Position numbers and translations under genes: made by a program
The notes under the pieces: generated by a model
The model's input: only the letters and a program-made list of their open reading frames with translations
Told to the model about the DNA's origin: nothing
Databases searched by the model: none
Part shown: positions 28,683-38,304 of the stretch, in pieces
How positions within the stretch are numbered: the stretch's first letter is position 1
Layout of the letters: each line of letters starts with the position of its first letter
Source of the DNA: an uncultured Lachnospiraceae bacterium
GTDB lineage: Bacteria; Bacillota; Clostridia; Lachnospirales; Lachnospiraceae
Length of the DNA stretch: 64,000 nucleotides
NCBI GenBank assembly: GCA_900318875.1
Contig: ONMH01000001.1
Span: 4,177 to 68,176 of the forward strand
Direction: 5' to 3'

Positions 28683-30644
28683 TTACAGATCAGCATCCTC
28701 TGCGGGGTGAACCGTGGCTGTTGCAAGGATCCTGACCGGGATGGGGCGCGTTGTCAGGATGCAGACGGAGCGGCCCCGGACCCCGATGCTTCTCTGGTCG
28801 GTCAGCGTCCAGGGCTCCTCCGGGAAGGACTGCTCCTCAAAGGTGTCCATGATCTTGACCCACTCCCTGCCCTGGGGCGGTGCGGGGATGCCGAGGAGCT
28901 GGTTGTGCCAGTGCATGTTTACGGCGACATAGAGGAGGTTGTCCCCCTCCTTCTCCTCCGCGTAGTGCTCATCGTAGAGGATGCCAACCGTGTGGCTGTA
29001 GCTCGAGAAGTCCGGCTTCCAGGCATCCTTCCCGTGGAACGAGAGATCCGGATACCCGGTCACCCGGTAGTCGGAAAAGCGGAACGGGGTGCGCCTTCGG
29101 AAGACGCTGTGGGCCTTGCGGAAGGCGATCATCGCGGTGGTGAACTTATAAAGGCGCCCCGCATCGGCGGTGTCCTTCCAGGTCACCCACCCGGTCTCGT
29201 TGTCCTGGCAGTAGGGGTTGTTGTTGCCATCCTGGGAGTTCATGCGCTCATCTCCTGCCAAAAGAAGCGGTGTTCCCTGGGAGAGAAGGTTTAAGGCGAT
29301 GAAGTTCTTCATCTGGCGAAGGCGCAGTGTCCGGACGTCCTTTCTCTGGCTCTTTCCCTCGGCGCCGCAGTTCCAGGAGAGGTTCGTGTCATTTCCGTCT
29401 CTTCCCTCCTCGCCGTTTGCCTCGTTGTGCTTCCAGTTGTAGGAGACGAGGTCATTTAAGGTAAAGCCCTCGTAGTTCGTGACATAGTGGACCTTTCCGT
29501 GGCCCTTGGGCACGTCGGTGAAGACGCGCACGAAGTCCTGCAGCACGCCGTTGTCGGACTTTACGAACCTTCGCACAATCCCCTCATAGTTGTCGGTGTA
29601 CTCGCACAGGTGCTGCACCTGCGGGCGGCCGGCAGCGGGGTTCTCGCTGTCCTGCTTCTCCAGGTCCTCATAGGGGAAGCTGTAGTAAAAGATCGCGGTG
29701 TCGGAGAGCATGGGATCCGAGCAGAGGGTCTTTAGGGCGGCATCGTTTCCCTTGAGATGGAAGCCGTCGATGTGGTAGTGGGTCACGTAGAACCTTGCGC
29801 ACTCGAGCTGGGTCTGAATCGTCACGGTGTCCGGGAAGAAGAGCTGCAGGTAGACCCGGATCCCCGCCTTATGGAGCTTTGCTACCATCTCCCGGAACTC
29901 TCTCTGGGGCTCTCCGCTGGAGGCGTAGCTCCGTTTCGGGGCAAAGTAGCAGCCCTCCCCGAAGTTCCAGTAGTTGGTTTTTTCCGACCCCTCGGGCTTT
30001 CTTAAGGGGAAGGAAGTCGGGTGTTCCTCTTCCTTTTTAACGGCAGGGTCCATGACCGCCATCCCGAGGATCTCGGGGCGAAGCTCATAGACGGGAAGGA
30101 GCTCTACCGCGGTGATGCCGAGCTTTGAGAGGTAGGGGACCTTGTCGGACAGCCCCAGGAACGTTCCCCGGTGGCGGCCGGAGGCCGTGCGGGATGCCGT
30201 AAAGCCCTTTACATGTACGCAGTAGAGGATCTCATCCGCCCAGTCCGCCTTCTTTCTCCCGAAGGCCCCGCTGTAGGCGGGAAGGGAGTCCTCCGGCGCA
30301 TAGAAGAGCCGGCAGGCCGTAAGGTCCTCTCCCTCCTCGGTCTTCACCGCGACGAGCTCCCTTGCGTAGGGGTCCACGAAGGTGAAGTTGTCCCGATAGT
30401 AGCGATAGGCATAGGCACCAGGATCGATGTGTTCAATGCGGATGGAGTACAGACTTCCGTAGCGGTACTTGTCAGTAAAGGGGATGACGGTCTTCTTTGC
30501 GGGGCCGGAGCCGCTGATGCGGTACAGAATGATCCCGCAGGAAGTGCAGTCCCGGAAGACGGCGCTGAAGACCACACTGTCTTTGTTGACGATGGTGCCG
30601 GGCAGAACGGTATGAGCTGGGGATGTAGTAAGCGATTGCGGCAT
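28683..30644 (-). CDS. GlgX/isoamylase-like GH13 protein lacking the canonical catalytic residues
   Basis: LGITAVELLPV, NYW, FAPK, GFTL.DLVSYN.KHN.ANGE...DG, WNCG.EG and NNPYCQDN are retained; catalytic regions read IDGFHLKG and TNYEGFTL. Confidence 0.85.
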   Translation of the reverse strand: MPQSLTTSPAHTVLPGTIVNKDSVVFSAVFRDCTSCGIILYRISGSGPAKKTVIPFTDKYRYGSLYSIRIEHIDPGAYAYRYYRDNFTFVDPYARELVAVKTEEGEDLTACRLFYAPEDSLPAYSGAFGRKKADWADEILYCVHVKGFTASRTASGRHRGTFLGLSDKVPYLSKLGITAVELLPVYELRPEILGMAVMDPAVKKEEEHPTSFPLRKPEGSEKTNYWNFGEGCYFAPKRSYASSGEPQREFREMVAKLHKAGIRVYLQLFFPDTVTIQTQLECARFYVTHYHIDGFHLKGNDAALKTLCSDPMLSDTAIFYYSFPYEDLEKQDSENPAAGRPQVQHLCEYTDNYEGIVRRFVKSDNGVLQDFVRVFTDVPKGHGKVHYVTNYEGFTLNDLVSYNWKHNEANGEEGRDGNDTNLSWNCGAEGKSQRKDVRTLRLRQMKNFIALNLLSQGTPLLLAGDERMNSQDGNNNPYCQDNETGWVTWKDTADAGRLYKFTTAMIAFRKAHSVFRRRTPFRFSDYRVTGYPDLSFHGKDAWKPDFSSYSHTVGILYDEHYAEEKEGDNLLYVAVNMHWHNQLLGIPAPPQGREWVKIMDTFEEQSFPEEPWTLTDQRSIGVRGRSVCILTTRPIPVRILATATVHPAEDADL

Positions 30645-30690
30645 GATTCTTCCCTCCCAGGATCGCATTTTTTAACCTGTGCAAAGAGAC

Positions 30691-30699
30691 ATTTTACCA
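30691..30699 (-). promoter_or_regulatory. Extended -10 element upstream of the glgX-like gene
   Basis: TGGTAAAAT on the minus strand. Confidence 0.45.
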
Positions 30700-30795
30700 C
30701 AAAGGAAGAAGGACTGCACTGACCTGTAACAGCACTTGAGAAACTGCTTTTAGCACGTGACATATGACAGAAAGGGGAAATCCGTCCCCAAATGG

Positions 30796-30827
30796 AAAAA
30801 GCCTGCCGGAGCGGACGCCCGGCAGGC
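30796..30827 (-). terminator. Intrinsic terminator after the DUF6398 gene
   Basis: Stem GCCTGCCGG/CCGGCAGGC followed by T5 on the minus strand. Confidence 0.75.
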
Positions 30828-30843
30828 CAAAACTTTTCTGAAA

Positions 30844-31395
30844 TCATTCGTTTTTCTCGTCCTTCGATGCATCGTTATCGGCATCCGATGCTGCTTTCTC
30901 TTCCCGCAGGGCGGGGATATAGGGGATCAGGCCCTTTTCATAGCAGGCGACCTGATACTCCAGGGGAAGATGCCGGGCGTCCACGGCAAGGCCGTTGACA
31001 GATACGATCCAGATCATGGGATTGTCCTTCACCATGGAGGGCAGGCACCACTCGGCATCGTACATGCGGATCTTTAATGCCTTCTGGATCTCGGCAGCCT
31101 TTGCAGCAGCGGTAGATGCTGCCACGCCAAAGCCCTCTCCGATCTCCTTGCCGGACAGGTGAATTTCCTGGGATCTGTCAAAGATGAAGTTGTTCTTCCC
31201 GATGGAATAGACGATGCCGGCTGCCCAGCTGTTCGCCCTGCCGCTTGCGAGCGGAGACGGGCGCTTTCTGCAGAGCTTTTCGAGAGCATGGAGACAAAGT
31301 GCTTCATACTCATCATTCAGGTGCTCCTTACTGAAGTCAATAAGGAGCGCTGCTATTTTGTCGTAGGTTCCCTGCATCTGCTTTGGTACGCTCAT
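30844..31395 (-). CDS. DUF6398-like hypothetical protein
   Basis: F...HLN.EY..LC..A..KL.RKRPSPL..G....WAAGI.Y..G..NF.FD pattern; GGAGAGG RBS before MSVPK. Confidence 0.7.
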   Translation of the reverse strand: MSVPKQMQGTYDKIAALLIDFSKEHLNDEYEALCLHALEKLCRKRPSPLASGRANSWAAGIVYSIGKNNFIFDRSQEIHLSGKEIGEGFGVAASTAAAKAAEIQKALKIRMYDAEWCLPSMVKDNPMIWIVSVNGLAVDARHLPLEYQVACYEKGLIPYIPALREEKAASDADNDASKDEKNE

Positions 31396-32194
31396 GATTC
31401 CTCTCCTGCCGCGTTCTTTGCGGCAACCGCGCGGGAATTCCCGCGAATCTTCTCCTGCTTCGGCAGTTCTCTTCTCATTCTGCTTCTGCTTAAATCCCCC
31501 CAAAACCGGTAATGACAGTCCGGAATCAGGAACTGAGTTGTTTGGGCATCAGAAACACAACATTTTTCGGAAATAAAATTCACGATTTGATATTTGCCGA
31601 TCGGCAATTTCCAGATTGCGGGTTTACTGTTCAGGAAACACTGTCACTGTTGTGTTCTCTGACATTCTGGCATAGACAATTCCTGTTTTGGCGGAAATTT
31701 ACGCCAGGAATGGATGATGCTCCATACCTCCTGCCGTTTAGGATTCTGAGGAGATTGTACCGCTGAGGGGGCAAAAGGAACAGAGAAACACGCTCCTTCA
31801 GCGGACCGCAAAGGACAGGAAGGAAAGACACCGGTCCCACGGAAGACAAAGTACAGAGGTCTGCAGCCATTCAGGTTCTGAACAGCGCCGGAGAGCACTT
31901 TGAATTCGGTCTCTCCTGCTCTTGTGACTTTGATTGATGCAACCGAATTCTGGAGATGGCCGTACCTGTCAGGCTCCGTGTATACCGTGATCTCTTCTCT
32001 TCCATCTCCCCTCGCTGCGAACTGGATTTCAGAAGGATTCTGGAAGTGGAAGTATCTTCCTGAAAAGCATTATCGGAAAGGCAAATTTGGCCCTGACCTG
32101 CAATATCTCCCCCCTTTTTGCCTTTCCCTCAGATTCCCTTCCCAACATCTTGCCAGGCTGGCCGTGACAGGTCTAGATGCTGCACGTGAGCGCA

Positions 32195-34159
32195 CTACAG
32201 ATCCCAGAACCGGAAGGGGAGGGAGATCTTCTTCTCAAGGCCGGAGATCGGCTCCAGGAGTCTTGAGGGCTGCTTTCCGTTTGCGTTCTGATAGTGGAGG
32301 ATGAGGCGGTCCCTCGCCCTTGTCATCGCGACATAGAAAAGGCGTCGCTCCTCCTCGATTCCGCCCATCTGCACGGCCTGACGCCCCGGAAGAATCCCCT
32401 CATTGAGCTCCGGCAGGATCACAAGGGAGAACTCCAGGCCTTTGCAGGCGTGCATTGTGAGAAGACGGATTCCCTCCTTTGTGATTTCCTCCCGCCCCTT
32501 ACAGCTTCGCAGAAGCTGCTCCTCCTTCTCAAGAGCAGAGAGGAACCCGGGGATGTCCCGGTGGGCCGCGGCAAGCGCCTCAATCCTGTCGAAGGTCTTG
32601 TGGATCCTCGCCGTCTCTCTTCCGCCCTGCTCCTCGGAGACTCCTGCCTCAAGGCCTGTCTGGTTTCTGAGGTATGCCGTGCCGTACTTTGGGGAGAGCT
32701 CCGTGAGGACCTGAAGGTCATACAGAAAGTCTTCCATATCCCTCTTTGCCGGGGACCCCGCGGGGATCCTCTGAAGGAGCATGGCAGGCGTCTGCAGTCC
32801 TGTCCCCGCATCCCTTGGAAGAAACCATCTCTGGGGCCGGTTCATGACAGGGTAGTAGTGCCCTACATCTTGCAGGATCTGGAGGAGGCAGGGAGGGACG
32901 CTCACCTTCCTTCCTGCGATGGGGATTCCCTGCTGGGAGATAAGGTCTGCGACGGACTGTGCCGCTGCGTGGGTCCGTAGGATGATGGCGGCATCCTTCG
33001 GATCGCCGCCATCATCCAGGTATTCCTTCAGGATCTTTGCCTCCGCTTTTGTCTCCTCGAAGATTCCGGGAAAGCCGGAGAGTTCGACGCTCTGCGTGCT
33101 CTTTCTTGCCGCGGTGATCTTCTTTGGAAGGCGGTGCTCATTTTCAGCAATGACCTGCAGGGCAGCCTTCAGGATCGGCTCTGCGCAGCGGTAGTTGACA
33201 GAGAGCGTCACCTGCCTGGCATCCGGACAGGCAGAGAGGAACTTCTGGAAAACGGCAGGATCCGAGCCGCGAAAGCCGTAGATCGACTGGTCATCGTCGC
33301 CGACGACAAAGTAGTTGCGGTGGAGAGCCCCGAGAAGGAGCGTGATCTTTAACTGCACCGCGTTGATGTCCTGGAACTCATCGACCAGGATGTGGTCATA
33401 GCGGCACTGCTCTCTTCTCAGGATATCCGGATGTGATGATAGAAGGGCTTTGCAGGAAAGGGCCATGTCGTCAAAGTCGATGAGGTGCTGGGAGGTGAGA
33501 AATTCCTGATAGCCCTGAAAGACTGCGGACAGCGCCCTGTCGTTTTCGAGGGCAAGGGCGTCGAGAGTCCCGTTCTTTAAAGCGGAGATCCCCGCCATCA
33601 TGGCGGTGACATCCCGCTCCTCGGGCTTCTGATGCCGGAAGTCCCCGAGGAGCCGCTCCAGGACCTTTGTCCTGGTTGCGGTATCCGCAAGGGAGAGGGG
33701 AACGTCAAAGGAGGATCGGAGGATTCGGAAAAAGAGGGCGTGAAAGGTTCCAAAGAAGGGTCTTCCCCGGAGGGAGGAGGCGGAGCCATTTTTCCGAAGT
33801 TCCCGGAAATACCGGGCCTCCATCTCCTGTGCCGCTGCTTTGGAAAAGGTGAGAACGAGGATGCGCTCCGGGGAGATGTGCTCCTCCCGGATGAGAAAGA
33901 GGATGTGCTGAACAAGCGTAAATGTCTTTCCGCTCCCGGGGCCGGCAAGGCAGAGCATCGGCCCCGCCCTGTGGGTGATGGCGATGTTCTGTGCGGCATT
34001 GCCGGTGTTCTGTGCGGCATTGCCGATGTTCTGTACGGCATTGCCGATTGGTTTGTCCGCTGTATTCTGCTGGCTGTTTTGGGGAGTTTTTGAAAGACAA
34101 AAATCCGTACTGGCATCCTGGGATGATGCCGGTACGGAAACAAAGCTGGATTTGTCCAA
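32195..34159 (-). CDS. UvrD/PcrA family ATP-dependent helicase
   Basis: AGPGSGKT, TFHA, VDEFQD, VGDDDQSIYGFRG, NYR, T.HACKGLEF and EERRLFYVAMTRA motifs; the start position is uncertain. Confidence 0.9.
   Translation of the reverse strand: MDKSSFVSVPASSQDASTDFCLSKTPQNSQQNTADKPIGNAVQNIGNAAQNTGNAAQNIAITHRAGPMLCLAGPGSGKTFTLVQHILFLIREEHISPERILVLTFSKAAAQEMEARYFRELRKNGSASSLRGRPFFGTFHALFFRILRSSFDVPLSLADTATRTKVLERLLGDFRHQKPEERDVTAMMAGISALKNGTLDALALENDRALSAVFQGYQEFLTSQHLIDFDDMALSCKALLSSHPDILRREQCRYDHILVDEFQDINAVQLKITLLLGALHRNYFVVGDDDQSIYGFRGSDPAVFQKFLSACPDARQVTLSVNYRCAEPILKAALQVIAENEHRLPKKITAARKSTQSVELSGFPGIFEETKAEAKILKEYLDDGGDPKDAAIILRTHAAAQSVADLISQQGIPIAGRKVSVPPCLLQILQDVGHYYPVMNRPQRWFLPRDAGTGLQTPAMLLQRIPAGSPAKRDMEDFLYDLQVLTELSPKYGTAYLRNQTGLEAGVSEEQGGRETARIHKTFDRIEALAAAHRDIPGFLSALEKEEQLLRSCKGREEITKEGIRLLTMHACKGLEFSLVILPELNEGILPGRQAVQMGGIEEERRLFYVAMTRARDRLILHYQNANGKQPSRLLEPISGLEKKISLPFRFWDL
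33985..34047. repeat. Three tandem copies of a 21-bp unit in the 5' part of the helicase gene
   Basis: TGTTCTGTGCGGCATTGCCGG / TGTTCTGTGCGGCATTGCCGA / TGTTCTGTACGGCATTGCCGA, encoding (N-A-x-Q-N-x-G)-like repeats. Confidence 0.9.
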
Positions 34160-34176
34160 AGAATCGCTTGCTGCGG

Positions 34177-35590
34177 TCAGGCCTGCAGCAGGGCCACTGC
34201 CTTCCGGAGTCTTGCAAGGGACTCGTCCCTTCCAAGAACTTCCATGATCTGCGTTGCGCCGGCGGGCGTCACCGCCTGCCCGGACACCGCGATCCGAATC
34301 ACCCAGATGACAGTCTTGTTCTTGAATCCTTTTTCCTCTGCGTATGCTGCGATGTCCGCAAACAGCGCATCGTTCGTGAAGTTCGTCTCGCTCTCGAAGA
34401 CGGGGAGCATCTCCTGCAGGATCTGCAGGCTGTTCTCTTTGGTCGCCTTCTGCTTCTTGTTCTCATACAGGGAGACGTCGTAGTCGGGAAGCGTCTCGAA
34501 AAAGCGGACCATGTCCGGGATCTCCGGGAAGACCTCTGCCCTCGTTCGGACCATCTCGGAGAGCTCATGGAGATTAATCTCCTTCTTTGTGATGACCTTC
34601 TTCAGCCAGGGCTCCGCCTTCTCATAGAACTTCTCCGGGTCCATGGCCTTGAAGTACTCGCCGTTCATCCAGTGGAGCTTCGTGTAGTCGAAGACCGCGG
34701 GGCTCGTCCAGGGTGAAGATCTCACGATCCCCCTCCGGGCTCCAGCCGAGGAGCGCGATGAAGTTGACGATCGTCTCCGGGAGCAGGCCCTGCTCCACGA
34801 GGTCCTCATAGGAGGTGGCACCGTGGCGCTTGGAGAGCTTCTTGTGATCCTCGCCCATGATGAGCGGGCAGTGGATGTACTTGGGCTCTTCCCAGCCAAA
34901 GGCCTGATAGAGCCTTGTGTACTTCGGGGTGGAGGAGATGTACTCGTTGCCGCGGACCACGTGGGTGATTCCCATCAGGTGGTCGTCGATGACGTTGGCG
35001 AAGTTGTAGGTCGGATACCCGTCGGACTTGATCAGGATCATGTCGTCGAGTTCCTTGTTCTCCACCGTGATGTCGCCGTAGAGCTCATCGTGGAAGGTCG
35101 TGGTTCCCTCTCTGGGATTGTTCTGGCGGATGACATAGGGCTTTCCCGCCGCAAGGTTTGCCTCGATCTCCTCTTTGGAGAGGTGCAGGCAGTGCTTGTC
35201 GTAGATAGAGATCTCCTTCCCGTCCACGACCTGCTTTAAGCTCTCGAGCCGCTCGGGGGTGCAGAAGCAGTAGTAGGCCTCACCCTTCTCGATGAGCTCC
35301 TTTGCGTACTTCAGGTACAGGCCGCTCCTGACGCGCTCGGACTGGACATAGGGGCCAACGGGGCCGCCAAGATCCGGGCTCTCATCGGGGATGAGGCCGG
35401 TCTCCTGCATGGTGCGGTTGATGATGTCGACAGCGCCCTCCACATATCGCTCCTGATCGGTGTCCTCGATCCGGAGGATGAAGTCGCCGCCCTCATGCTT
35501 TGCAATCAGGTAGGCATAGAGTGCTGTCCGGAGGTTTCCGACATGCATTCTGCCGGTGGGGCTCGGTGCATATCTGGTTCTGATTTTCAT
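34177..35590 (-). CDS. gltX: Glutamate--tRNA ligase, split by an apparent ~38-nt deletion and frameshift near 34703 (likely an assembly error)
   Basis: N-terminal frame carries APSPTG..HVGN.RT and KKLSKR up to EIFTLDE. A second frame resumes [17 protein letters not shown] and carries the anticodon-binding domain. Confidence 0.92.
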
Positions 35591-35610
35591 CTGATCTGTC
35601 TTCCTTCCTG

Positions 35611-36753
35611 TCACTGAATGGCAACCTCACCCCAGGTGTCGGAGGGCACCAGGGCGATGTAGGTCTTGCCATCGTTTACCGTGATCTCGTTGCCATTCTT
35701 GTCGTAGAACTTTGTGATCGCCGAGTAATCGTTCTTGTACCAGGAGATCGGGATGGCCTTCCCGTCGGTCAGGTAGTAGCCGTTGTTTCCGGTTGCATCC
35801 ACGCAGTTGTAGATCATGTATCCGTTGGAGTCGAGCTGGGTGAATGAGCAGTCCTGGATGATGACGTTCTTGAAGGTCAGGGTCGCTCCGGTTGCACCGT
35901 CCTGGGACACGTTTCCGAACTCGTAGTAGTCATACGAGTTGGTGGACGTGTTGTACTTGAGCGTGGAGCTCGTGTTGTAGAACGGAAGGCTGATGCTGGA
36001 GGCGTTGATGGCGCCCTGGTCGTCGCCGAGGGTCACCTCGGTGCCGTACTCTGCAAAGTTGAAGTGGTTGCCGGGATTTGCCGTGTAGGTGGCAGAGATT
36101 CCCTCGGAGGCAACGCGCTTTGTCATCTCACCCTGAAGGCAGAACTCCGTGAACTCGGTCGCCTTGCCGTTGTCGACACGGGAGAAGTAGCCGGAGATGT
36201 GCGGCGGAGCCCAGCTCTGGTTCAGGTAGTCATTGATATAGAACGGACCGCCGTCATGGCAGAGAATGGAGTTCCACTCGGATGCCAGGATGACGTTTGT
36301 GGGACGCGTGGAGCGGATGGAACCGAGCTTGGTGATATTGCCCCAGTCCTTCATCACGCACATCAGGCGCGTGATGCGGTTGTTCTCCGTGGAGTTCATC
36401 AGTTCATAGACGACATCACAGTCCACAACGCCAAAGTGGGGCAGTGCCCGCGAGTCATTGTCGACCATCATGGCGATGGGGCGCTGGTCCCTGATGTCCT
36501 CGGAGATCGGAAGGCCGGTCAGCTCGGAGAGGTAGTCCCCCTCGGGCACAGTGACACCCTCGTCTGCAGACTCCGTTGTCTCTGTCGCTGCTTCGGTGGA
36601 AGCCTCGGTCGCCTCGGTCGCTGCCGGAATGCTCTCCCAGGTTGCCTCATTGGTCGCAGCATCGCCGCTCTCCTTGCTGCTTCCGCAGCCTGCAACAAGG
36701 CCTGCTGCAAGGAGCACGCAAGAGAGGACGGCCCCAATCTTTTTCTTCTTCAT
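35611..36753 (-). CDS. DUF3048 domain lipoprotein
   Basis: Lipobox LVAGC; RPIAMMVDN...A.P..G....DVVYE, TRLM and GSIRSTR motifs. Confidence 0.82.
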   Translation of the reverse strand: MKKKKIGAVLSCVLLAAGLVAGCGSSKESGDAATNEATWESIPAATEATEASTEAATETTESADEGVTVPEGDYLSELTGLPISEDIRDQRPIAMMVDNDSRALPHFGVVDCDVVYELMNSTENNRITRLMCVMKDWGNITKLGSIRSTRPTNVILASEWNSILCHDGGPFYINDYLNQSWAPPHISGYFSRVDNGKATEFTEFCLQGEMTKRVASEGISATYTANPGNHFNFAEYGTEVTLGDDQGAINASSISLPFYNTSSTLKYNTSTNSYDYYEFGNVSQDGATGATLTFKNVIIQDCSFTQLDSNGYMIYNCVDATGNNGYYLTDGKAIPISWYKNDYSAITKFYDKNGNEITVNDGKTYIALVPSDTWGEVAIQ

Positions 36754-36897
36754 TACATATCCTCCTGTCTCAAAAAGAGCCGGGCTTTTCTTTGTCCGAC
36801 AGTGTACCATCATACAACAATTGGCTTCAGGCGAAAAGCGGTTGTTTTGAGATCACATGTCCTTCCCGCACTCTTTTGTGTGCCTTTCCCCTTCCGC

Positions 36898-37395
36898 CTA
36901 AAACTTCAGATCTCCCTCGCCGTAGGGCTTCTCCATAGGACCTGCGGGGAGGTTCTTCGCCCTTGCAGTGCGAAGACGCTTGTACATGCCGGTCTTTGAC
37001 ATGTGCAGAAGGTCTGCCGCCCGCTCGCTTCCGACCGCACGGATCAGGGCCTCCACCTTGTGGACGGTGGCGGTGCCGGATACGTGCTCTGGCAGAAGGT
37101 CAAAGGGGTTGGAGGGATCCGGGGAGAGCTCCTTTGGGGTCTTCTTTCTCCCCGCATTTCTCGTCCGCTGGATTTTCGCATTCTTCTCCCGCACGGTGAC
37201 GACGAGGTCCTCGTGGTCAAGGGAAAAGCAGAGTCCTGCGGGAAAGACCTGGTTTAAGGCAGAGAGCGCTGCTGGATCCGGCGCTTCCCGAAGGGGAAAG
37301 CGGTACTCCTCTCCCTTTTCCAGGGAGAGGATCTCCTTCTGTTCCCGTTTCCTTCGCTTTTCGACCTCTTTTACGTACGCATCCTCATCCATCAC
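36898..37395 (-). CDS. Hypothetical protein with C-terminal Fis/resolvase-like helix-turn-helix
   Basis: AADLLHMSKTGMYKRL; the start overlaps the dut stop (ATGA). Confidence 0.6.
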   Translation of the reverse strand: MMDEDAYVKEVEKRRKREQKEILSLEKGEEYRFPLREAPDPAALSALNQVFPAGLCFSLDHEDLVVTVREKNAKIQRTRNAGRKKTPKELSPDPSNPFDLLPEHVSGTATVHKVEALIRAVGSERAADLLHMSKTGMYKRLRTARAKNLPAGPMEKPYGEGDLKF

Positions 37396-37829
37396 TGCCT
37401 GCCGGTGCTGCCAAAGCCCCCGGCGCCGCGCTCCGTGTCGGTAAGGTCCGCGGCTTCGGTGAACTCCACCGGAAGGAACGGGATCACCACCATCTGGGCG
37501 ATGCGCTCGTGGGGAGCAATCGTCTGAGGCTCGTCTGTGTCATTGTGGAGGGCAATCTTCCACTCCCCGCGGTAGTCGGAGTCCACGACGCCGACGCAGT
37601 TGCCGGGGCGAAGGCCCTTTTTGGATGCGAGGCCGCTCCTTGCAAAGATCGCGCCGAAGTATCCCTCCGGGATCTCCATCGCAATGCCGGTGCCGATCAT
37701 CTGCGTCGCATGGGGCGCAATCGTGATCTCCTCCTCCGTATTTGCATATAGGTCATACCCTGCCGCCTTTTCGCTTCCCCTCTGGGGGAGTTTTGCGGTG
37801 TCGGAAAGCTTCTTAATTCTGATGTTCAT
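37392..37829 (-). CDS. dut: dUTP diphosphatase
   Basis: [27 protein letters not shown] and [10 protein letters not shown] motifs. Confidence 0.97.
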   Translation of the reverse strand: MNIRIKKLSDTAKLPQRGSEKAAGYDLYANTEEEITIAPHATQMIGTGIAMEIPEGYFGAIFARSGLASKKGLRPGNCVGVVDSDYRGEWKIALHNDTDEPQTIAPHERIAQMVVIPFLPVEFTEAADLTDTERGAGGFGSTGRQ

Positions 37830-38304
37830 CCAGGTTGGGCCTCCTTGTCCCTCTCATGGCGTCTGCTGCGGTTGTGGCAAGCGTATCGCATCGCTCGTTC
37901 TCCGGGTGGCCGGCATGGCCCTTGACCCAGTGAAAGGTGACCCGGTGCGGGGCCTTTGCCCGAAGGAACCGCTCCCAGAGGTCCCGGTTCTTGACGGGGG
38001 ACTTGTCTGCGGTCTTCCAGCCGTTTTTCTGCCAGGAGGAAAGCCACCCCTTGTTGACCGCGTTGATGAGGTAGCTCGAGTCGGAGTACAGGTCCACGTC
38101 ACAGGAGCGGGTCAGCTCCTCCAGGGCGCGGATCGCGGCCAGGAGCTCCATCCGGTTGTTGCTCGTCGGGTTGAAGCCCTCCGAGAGCTCCTTCTCGTGC
38201 ACCTGCCCCTTGCTGTCCGTAAAGCGCAGGATCGCGCCGTATCCGCCGGGGCCGTTCGGGTTCCCCCGTGCGGCGCCGTCGGTATAGATTTCTACATGGC
38301 TCAT
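37813..38304 (-). CDS. rnhA: Ribonuclease HI
   Basis: [25 protein letters not shown] and [15 protein letters not shown] motifs. Confidence 0.97.
   Translation of the reverse strand: MSHVEIYTDGAARGNPNGPGGYGAILRFTDSKGQVHEKELSEGFNPTSNNRMELLAAIRALEELTRSCDVDLYSDSSYLINAVNKGWLSSWQKNGWKTADKSPVKNRDLWERFLRAKAPHRVTFHWVKGHAGHPENERCDTLATTAADAMRGTRRPNLDEHQN

Noticed and set aside
31710-31736. Tiny ORF MEHHPFLA after AGGAGG on the minus strand
   Set aside because: The Shine-Dalgarno to ATG spacing is only 1 nt and there is no other support.
34690-34715. Programmed frameshifting as an explanation for the split gltX (and minC)
   Set aside because: There is no slippery heptamer, and conserved residues are physically missing, which recoding cannot restore.
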